From: Pedobacter sp.
GTDB lineage: Bacteria; Desulfobacterota; Desulfuromonadia; Desulfuromonadales; Syntrophotaleaceae
Reading direction: 5' to 3'
Assembly (NCBI GenBank): GCA_050253415.1
Contig: JBFWJC010000001.1
Span: 512,001 to 576,000 of the forward strand
DNA: 64,000 nt
In this document: positions 8,829-16,933 of the stretch, in pieces
Numbering within the stretch: the first letter of the stretch is position 1
How the letters are laid out: the number at the start of each line of letters is the position of its first letter
Translations under genes and position numbers: made by a program
Notes under the pieces: model-generated
What the model was told of the DNA's origin: nothing
The model's database searches: none
The model's input: the letters and a program-made list of their open reading frames with translations, nothing else

Positions 8829-9938
8829 TTATCTTCGGGGAGTACCTCCCTGAACATAAGCCTCCCCGATTGTGAGGGCGATCTCAGCTCTGCCGAGCTC
8901 CTTGCCAATATAAGCCGCGTGATCGAGGCGTGAAACGAGTTGTTCCTGGATAACTCGGTGATAGATTTCTACAGCAGAATGCCCCTCGATGATTGCACTC
9001 AAGGTACCGTCGTTTCGGTAGTGTTCCAGATGGAGGAGTCTCCGCCGGAAGTCTACGTCGATGACAAAGAAGCCGGCCGGATCAGGGGTCATGTGCTCTG
9101 GGAATGTGCCTGCCATGGGAAGGATGCTTATATTTTCCTCCAAGGTTGGAGCTGGTCCAGGTGAGCGTTCGGCACAAGCCTTAACTTCCCTTCTTATTTT
9201 CGCCAGATCGTCCAAGCCGATCAGATCGAGGACTTCTACATGATTGCGGAAGTGCTGTTCTACCTTTTCGGAGAGGTTGTGCAAGAAAGGGCGTTGTCCG
9301 CGGGCATTGATAATCCGGTTTTTGCTGTCGCGTCCGTACCTGTGCAGGGCAATAAGGGACTGGCCGGGAAGGTGGCCCACAGCCTGACGGGAATCCGTAC
9401 CACAGACAATGAGAAAACGCAGGTGCGGATTAGAGCAGATGTTTTTTAGTAACCGTTCAATGCCAAGGTTCTCGGTCTGCATTGTACCGATCAAGGAAAT
9501 TTCCAACGGTCTATCAGCCGCAAGGCGTTCGGTCAAGTTGGCATCTGTTAATGTACAGACGGCCACCGGGCCTTGATAGCGTAATAAGGTATATGTGCCA
9601 GGATATGGCGGCCAGTTCTTGCGCAGGGGACTCTCGTCAGGAAAGCAGGTCGATTCATCCCCCCCAGAAAGGAGATTTGCCTCAGTCAAGATTCGGAGGG
9701 CTGCAGGAGGATGGCAGGTTTGACATCCCCGGCAATCGGTTTCCACCTCAAGGGTGTGAGTCCGGGCTTCGGCTAGCAAGGGGGTCAAAAGCTCTCTGCC
9801 TTCATCGAGGCCGCTTTCAAGCCTTTTTAGAGTATTATGAAAACAGCCGCACGTGCGGCATTTGGGATCATTGAAAGCCCGTTCCATATGCTTACAGGCT
9901 TTTTCCAGTGCAGCTAATTTGTTTGGGGAAAGGCTCAT
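8829..9938 (-). CDS. MtrA-like (tetrahydromethanopterin S-methyltransferase subunit A) domain + DUF4346 domain protein with Cys-rich N-terminus
   Basis: MtrA-like: VAVCTL, TENLGIERLLKNICSNPHLRFLIVCG, GHLPGQSL. DUF4346: DPAGFFVI, SRLDHAAYIGKEL. N-terminal CxxCGC and CxxCxxCHP. Confidence 0.8.
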   Translation of the reverse strand: MSLSPNKLAALEKACKHMERAFNDPKCRTCGCFHNTLKRLESGLDEGRELLTPLLAEARTHTLEVETDCRGCQTCHPPAALRILTEANLLSGGDESTCFPDESPLRKNWPPYPGTYTLLRYQGPVAVCTLTDANLTERLAADRPLEISLIGTMQTENLGIERLLKNICSNPHLRFLIVCGTDSRQAVGHLPGQSLIALHRYGRDSKNRIINARGQRPFLHNLSEKVEQHFRNHVEVLDLIGLDDLAKIRREVKACAERSPGPAPTLEENISILPMAGTFPEHMTPDPAGFFVIDVDFRRRLLHLEHYRNDGTLSAIIEGHSAVEIYHRVIQEQLVSRLDHAAYIGKELGRAEIALTIGEAYVQGGTPRR

Positions 9939-10157
9939 CTTCTTTCCTTTCTGCCAATGGAATCCAACTGTAGGCAACCCGTATCCCCAGCACCACTGCA
10001 GCGGCAATAGACAGGTTATGTTCTTCCACCACGATTGAAAACATAACCCAGCCCAGACTTTCCTTCCGTGGCCAAGGAAACATTTTCTTGTGCAGACGTT
10101 GCTTTATATTCAGAGAAAGGGGCTGTTATGTACAAAAGATTACCACCTTTTGAATAT

Positions 10158-10191
10158 GAAAAGCCCGCTTGGCGAACCTAGCGGGCTTTTC
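10158..10191. terminator. Bidirectional terminator-like hairpin
   Basis: gaaaagcccgct...agcgggcttttc. Confidence 0.65.
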
Positions 10192-10340
10192 GTACATGTC
10201 AGGGAATCCAGGAACAGCGAAAATACTCTGACATAACTTTTGAGACACCTCAACAGAGTGTTTAGGCGATTCAATGACTTGTGTTATGATCCGCCGGATC
10301 ATTCACTCATTCAGGTTCTAATAAAAAAATCCGGCATGGT

Positions 10341-11360
10341 GTGCTTCAATTGAGCGAAAAACGAATTTTCATTACGGGTATAGCAGGTTTTTTGGGGAGT
10401 CATATCGCGGACAGGTGTCTGGCTGAAGGGTACAGGGTTTCGGGATGCGACAACCTGAAGGGTGGCTACCTTGACAATGTTTCGAGTGGCGCTGCGTTTC
10501 ATCAGATCGACTGCAACGATTTTGCGGCACTGGCCGCATTGATGAAAGAGGTCGATATTGTCTACCATTGCGCTGCCACAGCCTATGAAGGCCTCTCCGT
10601 ATTCAGCCCGCATATGGTCACCCGGAATGTTGTCACGGCGACCAGTGGCGTTGTTGCCGCGGCAGCGGCCGGAGGAGTCAAGCGCTTCGTTCTCTGTTCG
10701 TCCATGGCCAGGTACGGTACAAATAAGGTTCCGTTTACCGAGGATATGGTGCCGGCTCCCCAGGACCCCTACGGCATCGCCAAATGGTGTGCGGAACGGC
10801 TGCTTGCCAATATTGCCGAAACCCACGGTATGGAGTGGGTGGTGGCGGTTCCTCACAATATCATCGGGCCCCGGCAGCGGTACGACGATCCTTATCGCAA
10901 CGTGGCATCTATTTTCATCAACCTGATGTTGCAAGGCCGTCAACCCTATATCTACGGGGACGGCAATCAGAGACGCTGCTTCAGCTTTGTCTCCGATGTG
11001 GTCGATCCGCTTCTGCGTATGGCCACAGACGACCGCTGTGTCCATGAAGTTATCAATATCGGCCCCGACGATGAGTTTGTGACCATCAACGAGCTTGCGG
11101 CCATGATCGCTCGGCTACTCGATTTTGATTTGCAGCCGAACCGGATCGATAGCCGTCCTCAGGAGGTTTTCTTTGCCAACTGCAGCGCCGATAAGGCCCG
11201 GCGACTGCTTGATTACCAGCCGAAGGTGAAACTCGAAGAGGGCCTGGCCGTTATGATCGACTGGATAAAATCTCGCGGACCTCGCCCCTTTTTACACAAT
11301 GTAGAGTTGGAAATAGACGGACCGCTCGCACCGAAGACCTGGTCGAAAAAGTTACTGTGA
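10341..11360 (+). CDS. NAD-dependent epimerase/dehydratase (extended SDR)
   Basis: ITGIAGFLGS, SSMARYG and PYGIAK (YxxxK). Confidence 0.9.
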   Translation: MLQLSEKRIFITGIAGFLGSHIADRCLAEGYRVSGCDNLKGGYLDNVSSGAAFHQIDCNDFAALAALMKEVDIVYHCAATAYEGLSVFSPHMVTRNVVTATSGVVAAAAAGGVKRFVLCSSMARYGTNKVPFTEDMVPAPQDPYGIAKWCAERLLANIAETHGMEWVVAVPHNIIGPRQRYDDPYRNVASIFINLMLQGRQPYIYGDGNQRRCFSFVSDVVDPLLRMATDDRCVHEVINIGPDDEFVTINELAAMIARLLDFDLQPNRIDSRPQEVFFANCSADKARRLLDYQPKVKLEEGLAVMIDWIKSRGPRPFLHNVELEIDGPLAPKTWSKKLL

Positions 11361-12667
11361 CAAGACTTCTCCATAACGAAACGGAAGGCGCAGGGCTCAC
11401 ACCAAAGGCCACCACCCTGCTGGCAGAGGCTACGGCATTGGAGGGATCGCTGCATCGGCCCGGAGTGCGCGATGACTATCGATCCCGGCTGGAGCACGTT
11501 GTACAGTTGGCCGCAAGGGCGCTGGACAGCGCGGTGGAAAATCGAGAGGTTGCGTTGCTCCAATGGGTGTTACTACGGGCTCAAGCGGCCCGGGCAGAGG
11601 ATGCGCGCTATGGCGCCGGGCAGCTCTCGCGCGGATCTCAGCGGGCGCCCACATGGTCAGATTGCGAGGACGGCTGGCAGCGCGTTGAGCAGATCGTTTG
11701 CAATGCAGAAGAGGCGGCATCGGAGGCCGCACGTTTTGCTGAGCTCCTTAATACGGCCAAAGCGAGAGCGATAGCCCGCAGGGCTGAAATTGCCGGAAAC
11801 GCCGCGAGGAAAATCGTCCTGGAGCGGAACCGCGCCTACACGTTTCATGCAGATCCCGGCTTTTCGTTCGGCGAAGGCTGGTACCTTGCTGCCGCGGCGC
11901 TGCTTGCCGGTGTTCCCATCCAGATCAGACCTGGCGCTGTTCAGGAATTGCAGGCCAAACATTTTCTGCGCGCTGCCGGGTTAGCAGGATCCCTTCGCCC
12001 CTATCGGTCCCGTCCGGCGAGTCCCAAGCATCTGACGCATATCATCGCTGAGGCTTTTCACGCTGACGCGCCAGGAGCACAGTGTACCCTTCGCGCAGCG
12101 TTTCTGGGAGAGGAATCGCCATCGGCTTCCTTAAGATCATGGATCGATGGCAATGTGGGAGGGAATTCAGAGCAGAAGGTGCTGCTTTGGGTACGAACGG
12201 GTGACCACGATGCCGAGCGCAACACCTGTTTCGATGAGTTGCGGCAGCTTTTTGACCTGGTATTGAATGCCGGGCTCACTCCCATCTTTTTCGGCGATGC
12301 TGTTCCCGCGGACCTTGTTCCGACGAGGGGAGTAGACCTGACCCTTTGCTGGAAAGAGCCGCTCTTCCAGGGGCCGGACATGCGCCTGGCTCAACTGCAA
12401 CTGTTTGAGGAGTTGAAATGCCGACACAACCTGGTGGGCCAGATCGGTGTTACCACTGCCGGCATGGACGGACCGGCGCTTATGGGATTGCCCACTCTTT
12501 ATCTCACACAGGAACGCAACGTCCGACTCGGCAAGTGGGTGGGAGCCGTTCCGGGATATCAAGAAGTCGTGCGGGCGCCGGGCTATTTCGAAATCATTCG
12601 TACCACCTTGCATCAGTGGAAGCAGCACCCTCCGGGATTTGCTGACCAACCAGAAGAGGACATTTAA
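11357..12667 (+). CDS. Hypothetical protein; helical N-terminus, possible GT-B-like C-terminal domain
   Basis: 436-aa ORF overlapping the epimerase stop (GTGA). IGVTTAGMDGPALMGLPTLYL resembles the GT-B nucleotide-sugar-binding segment. Confidence 0.6.
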   Translation: MTRLLHNETEGAGLTPKATTLLAEATALEGSLHRPGVRDDYRSRLEHVVQLAARALDSAVENREVALLQWVLLRAQAARAEDARYGAGQLSRGSQRAPTWSDCEDGWQRVEQIVCNAEEAASEAARFAELLNTAKARAIARRAEIAGNAARKIVLERNRAYTFHADPGFSFGEGWYLAAAALLAGVPIQIRPGAVQELQAKHFLRAAGLAGSLRPYRSRPASPKHLTHIIAEAFHADAPGAQCTLRAAFLGEESPSASLRSWIDGNVGGNSEQKVLLWVRTGDHDAERNTCFDELRQLFDLVLNAGLTPIFFGDAVPADLVPTRGVDLTLCWKEPLFQGPDMRLAQLQLFEELKCRHNLVGQIGVTTAGMDGPALMGLPTLYLTQERNVRLGKWVGAVPGYQEVVRAPGYFEIIRTTLHQWKQHPPGFADQPEEDI

Positions 12668-12756
12668 CATCAGTTGTGTAAATGGTTTTCCTCTAAGTCA
12701 CGACTTATGAGACTGAACGTGGCCTAAAAACCAGATGGATTATAGGCACCGTTCTC

Positions 12757-13344
12757 TTAAGCCAGCGGAGGCCATGGAAGCCAGGGAAGACCAGTTCGTA
12801 ATCCTTCATGCATGCGTTTCGCCGAACCCTGTTGATAGCCGTAAACTCTAACACCAAAAATATGCAACATTATACTGGTCGCCCGCAGGCGGCTTAAATC
12901 AGGATCGAACTCTCTTTCAAGATAGCTGCGATACAAGTCTTCAATACTATTCAGCTTGGCGGCGGCGATTTGGTGCAGTTCATTCCCTTCGGCGGCTAGT
13001 TCAAGTTGGGTTTTGATGAGGAAGCAACTGCAATAATCCTTTCTGGTCGACTCTTCTACGTACCTCGTCAAGATTTTGCAAATCCCTTCCCCAATGCTTT
13101 TTTCATTATCCAAGACCTCACTAATGCTCTCAATGGATCGTTGGGCATAGGCCCCTAATGCCTCACGGAACAAACCCTCCTTGCTGCCAAATGCTAGATA
13201 AATGGACCCAGGCTTCAGCCCGGTGCTTTTGACGACTTGCTGCATGGACGAGGCGCTGAAGCCGCGCTTCCAAAACAGCTTGATCGATTTTTTAATGACC
13301 TTATCGCGATCGAATTGTGCCCTTGTCACTGTAAAACCTCGCAT
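12757..13344 (-). CDS. TetR/AcrR family transcriptional regulator
   Basis: LFWKRGFSASSM...GSIYLAFGSKEGLF helix-turn-helix. Alternative GTG start at 13329. Confidence 0.9.
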   Translation of the reverse strand: MRGFTVTRAQFDRDKVIKKSIKLFWKRGFSASSMQQVVKSTGLKPGSIYLAFGSKEGLFREALGAYAQRSIESISEVLDNEKSIGEGICKILTRYVEESTRKDYCSCFLIKTQLELAAEGNELHQIAAAKLNSIEDLYRSYLEREFDPDLSRLRATSIMLHIFGVRVYGYQQGSAKRMHEGLRTGLPWLPWPPLA

Positions 13345-13380
13345 TTCCCTTCTCTTGAAGATAGTCCCATTATACACAAC

Positions 13381-13450
13381 TTGAACGATCACTCAAAATA
13401 ATTATTGACAGAATAGTCAGCCTGGTACATCTTGAACGAACGTTCAAGAT
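13381..13450. promoter_or_regulatory. Putative TetR operators around a sigma70 -35 box
   Basis: Palindrome ATCTTGAACG-aa-CGTTCAAGAT (13429-13450); degenerate copy TTGAACGATCACTCAA (13381-13396); TTGACA at 13405. Confidence 0.7.
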
Positions 13451-13507
13451 AATTTATTGAACGTTGAAGTCCTAACCCAAAATCTTTAGCAGAAGAGGGA
13501 GCCCACC

Positions 13508-14062
13508 ATGAAAAACTTCACAAAATACGATTTGAATTCCAGTCCAGAAAAAAGCAAAGCTCTCCTGGAAAACTCTTTGAAAACATACGGACGAATCCCC
13601 GGCCTTCACGCAATCATGGCTGAGGCTCCAGGTTTGCTTGAGGGATATCAAGTGTTGCACAAGTTGTTTCAAGAGACCTCGTTCAACGCTGAAGAAATCA
13701 CCGTAGTGTGGCAAACCATCAACGTCGAGCACGAGTGCACCTACTGCGTACCTGCCCACACCGGGATCGCGAACATGATGAAAGTGGATCCGGCGCTGAC
13801 CGAAGCGCTCAGGAACCGCGGGTCGATGCCTACGGCGAAACTCCAAACGTTGCACGATACCACACTGGCTGTAGTTCGAAAACGAGGCAACCTGTCAGAC
13901 GAGGAAATGGAGACGTTTTTCGCGGCAGGGTATGAACGACGACAACTGCTTGAAATTATATTGGGACTTGCACAAAAGGTAATGAGCAACTACGTCAACC
14001 ATATCGCCCATACTCCTGTCGATGAGGCTTTTAAAAAGTTTACTTGGCAACCCCCTGCGTAA
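13508..14062 (+). CDS. Carboxymuconolactone decarboxylase / AhpD-like protein
   Basis: EHECTYCVPAH (ExxCxYCxxxH) motif. Confidence 0.88.
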   Translation: MKNFTKYDLNSSPEKSKALLENSLKTYGRIPGLHAIMAEAPGLLEGYQVLHKLFQETSFNAEEITVVWQTINVEHECTYCVPAHTGIANMMKVDPALTEALRNRGSMPTAKLQTLHDTTLAVVRKRGNLSDEEMETFFAAGYERRQLLEIILGLAQKVMSNYVNHIAHTPVDEAFKKFTWQPPA

Positions 14063-14141
14063 GTTCAGAAAAGAGTTTCCACTGAGTCCTCGATTTGTGG
14101 AGGGCTGCATGAAACTGGTCGGGCAGAAACAGGAGAAGAAA

Positions 14142-14858
14142 ATGACAACAATTGCTTTTGACGTTTACGGAACACTGATTGACACGAGTGGGGTGCTTGA
14201 CGCCTTAGGAAATTTGGTTGGAGAAAAAGCTAGCGCCTTTTCAGATATCTGGCGCAACAAACAGCTGGAGTATTCCTTTCGTCGAGGGCTGATGCAGAAC
14301 TACCAACCCTTTTCCGTATGCACACATCAGGCCCTCAATTATACCTGCGCCTTTTTGGGAACAAACTTGGGACTGGCGCAGAAAAAAGAGCTGATGGATG
14401 TCTACCGGGTTCTTCCGGCATTTCCCGACGTTCCCAAAGGTCTGGCGCAATTGCAGAATGGCGGTTTTCGTTTGTTTGCTTTTTCGAATGGAGAGCCAGA
14501 AGCTCTTGAAGCGCTTCTGACCCACGCGGGAATTCGCGACTTGTTCCTAGGTGTCATAAGCGTAGATCCCATACGATCCTTCAAGCCTAACCCTGCGGCA
14601 TACAGTTATTTTTTCCGACAAACCTACTCAAGTGAAAATGCCGTGTGGTTGGTTTCGAGCAACCCATTTGATGTGATCGGCGCAATTTCGGCGGGGATGA
14701 ATGCAGCTTGGATTCGCCGCTCCCCAAGCGCCGTATTCGACCCGTGGGGGATCGAGCCTACGCTGACCGTAAGTGACCTGAATCAACTGAGCCCAAAGAT
14801 CCTTCAAGAAGTGGATCACCTCAAAGGTAGAGGTGATCCCGATCTAGCATGTCAATGA
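14142..14858 (+). CDS. Haloacid dehalogenase, type II
   Basis: FDVYGTL, WRNKQLEY, FSNG, FKP and VSSNPFDVIGA. AGGAG RBS. Confidence 0.9.
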   Translation: MTTIAFDVYGTLIDTSGVLDALGNLVGEKASAFSDIWRNKQLEYSFRRGLMQNYQPFSVCTHQALNYTCAFLGTNLGLAQKKELMDVYRVLPAFPDVPKGLAQLQNGGFRLFAFSNGEPEALEALLTHAGIRDLFLGVISVDPIRSFKPNPAAYSYFFRQTYSSENAVWLVSSNPFDVIGAISAGMNAAWIRRSPSAVFDPWGIEPTLTVSDLNQLSPKILQEVDHLKGRGDPDLACQ

Positions 14859-15020
14859 GGCTTACGAAAGATTGATTAAATCGGATGTGAAGTATCGCTT
14901 CTCAATCGATATGGCGTCACTCAAGCAAGACAAGTATTTTCCACCCAGTGGCCGTAACAATAGGGTTCAGGGAGGCTTGCAAGCCTCGAACAAACTCAAT
15001 ATTCACGAACTATAAAACGC

Positions 15021-15053
15021 GAAAGCCCCGATCTTCAGATCGGGAGCTTTTTC
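15021..15053 (+). terminator. Intrinsic terminator
   Basis: gaaagccccgatc-ttca-gatcgggagcttttt. Confidence 0.6.
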
Positions 15054-15190
15054 CTGGATTGCAGGAATTGCAGGGCCAATACACATGGAGCTGTTTGTGA
15101 ACTACAAAAAATCGAAACACAAAATTCAGGACACCCTCCACCGCTCTCAATCTATTTATCAAATCCGTTTTTGGAAGGAAGGAGTAAGGA

Positions 15191-16078
15191 ATGGAATCTA
15201 CCCACACTAAAACCATTGTTGTCACCGGTGCAAGTCGTGGCATTGGAGAGTTAACCGTAAAATCTCTTGCGAAAGGCGGGCATAAGGTCTTCGCTACGAT
15301 GCGAGATATTGCCGGTCGCAATGCTGAGACAGCCCGTATTCTTCAGGAATGGGCAAACCAAAATGAGTTGTCTATTTCTGTTATTGAGCTGGATGTAACG
15401 TCACGTGAGAGCATTATCAATGCAATCGATACAATCGAATATCAGGGTCCAATAGATGTACTTGTAAACAATGCTGGCATTATGCCTGCCGGTATCACTG
15501 AAGCCTTCTCGATCGATCAGGTAAAAGCAACATTCGACGTCAATATGTTTGGATTGGCAGAGGTCAGTCAGGCTGTGCTGCCCGGAATGAGAAAACGCCG
15601 GCAGGGGCTGATCATTCATATCAGCTCCGCAGCAGGACGTCTCGCCATCCCCTATTTTGGCGTCTATTGTGCTTCGAAGTGGGCGATGGAAGCCTACGCC
15701 GAATGTCTGAACTATGAACTCGTGCCCTTTAATATCCAGTCTATATTGGTCGAGCCTAGCGGGCACGCCACTGATCTGGTGAATAGTGCCCCTGCCCCTG
15801 AATTGAGCGCCGTTCTTGAGGAATATGGGCCGCACTCAAAGGGCCGCGAAAAATTACTAGGAATGTTTTTGGATCTGTTTGCACAAAAACAGGCAGCCAA
15901 TGATGCTCAGAATGTGGCTGATAAAATTGTCGAGCTTGTTGAAAAAAAGGGTCAACTACCCCTTCGCACACAGGTTGGAGATGATATGGGAGTTTCGGCA
16001 ATCAATCACGCGACTGCGCCGATTCAGGATAAATTGATCGATCAGCTTTCTCCAATATACGCGGCCCAGTCACAGTGA
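15191..16078 (+). CDS. Short-chain dehydrogenase/reductase
   Basis: TGASRGIG, NNAG and YCASK. Confidence 0.92.
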   Translation: MESTHTKTIVVTGASRGIGELTVKSLAKGGHKVFATMRDIAGRNAETARILQEWANQNELSISVIELDVTSRESIINAIDTIEYQGPIDVLVNNAGIMPAGITEAFSIDQVKATFDVNMFGLAEVSQAVLPGMRKRRQGLIIHISSAAGRLAIPYFGVYCASKWAMEAYAECLNYELVPFNIQSILVEPSGHATDLVNSAPAPELSAVLEEYGPHSKGREKLLGMFLDLFAQKQAANDAQNVADKIVELVEKKGQLPLRTQVGDDMGVSAINHATAPIQDKLIDQLSPIYAAQSQ

Positions 16079-16342
16079 TAGTCATGACATTTTTGGTGTT
16101 TACTTGGGAACTTGTCAGCCACGCCGCTGAAGTGTCAGGGCAATTATACAATTACAGGTGGTCGGGTTTCATTTAACAACGGGAGGATGGGTTTGGCCAT
16201 TAGGGCCGTCTTATATTTTGTCCCAAATTGGTTATCGGATTATCCGGGAATTATCAGTCACCAGAGAGGGGCAATGGATTCGTTCCCGGCTGCAATAAAA
16301 CTAAGCAAACCATAAAATGTAGAACCGATGACGCGCGCACAG

Positions 16343-16386
16343 AAAAGAGCCTCCCCTGAAAACAAGGGAGGCTCTTTTGTTTTTTT
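16343..16386. terminator. Bidirectional terminator-like hairpin
   Basis: aaaagagcctccc...gggaggctctttt followed by a T run. Confidence 0.65.
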
Positions 16387-16404
16387 GATTTCGGCCAACA
16401 TGTT

Positions 16405-16436
16405 AAAAACACCCCGGAGGAGATCCCTCCGGGGTG
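16405..16436 (-). terminator. Intrinsic terminator on the minus strand
   Basis: 11-bp stem caccccggagg/cctccggggtg, followed by a U run on the minus strand. Confidence 0.7.
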
Positions 16437-16452
16437 CTGAACTATAAAAATT

Positions 16453-16575
16453 GCGGCCCGATGTACAGTAGCGATTGTGAAACTGCTTTAAAGATAAGAG
16501 GCATAGAGGCTGAAGACTCTATTGTCGTAAAAGCTCACAAGGGAGGAAGCGCTACGCTACCGCTTACCGGGCCGC
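16453..16575 (-). ncRNA. Candidate rod-shaped structured RNA
   Basis: Five nested complementary segments. G-U pairs extend the stems only on the minus strand. A minus-strand terminator follows within ~17 nt. Confidence 0.45.
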
Positions 16576-16933
16576 CAGGGAAACAATGACTTATTTGTTG
16601 TGAATGAGGTTCCTGGCTTCAAGAATAAGGTTGAATAAATGGCTCAAAGGCCAATCCAAAGCTTCTTATCCGCCAATCAATATTGGGGGATATCCAGTCC
16701 TTTTTATTTTCGCTACGCCGCCTCTTTGTCATCAGAGGCGTGATCAAGTATTTAAAAAACTATATATAGTGAATACTATATAAATATGAATTGAGCAAGT
16801 ACTTTTTCGGTTCGGGGAAAAGGCCTACCGCTAAGGCTGCTATGAAAAGGCAACGGGATTTGGCGTCAGGCGCCCAGTCATTCACTTTCGTTTGCTTCGG
16901 GGCGCCTTGTTCCTTAGGCGGGATGAGCGGAAT

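Noticed and set aside
9940..10140. Cobalamin riboswitch upstream of the MtrA-like gene
   Set aside because: No B12-box or other conserved cobalamin riboswitch elements were seen.
16453..16575. Assignment of the rod structure as 6S RNA, attC site or retron msr/msd
   Set aside because: Too short and lacking the symmetric central bubble of 6S RNA; no RYYYAAC/GTTRRRY ends; no reverse transcriptase nearby.
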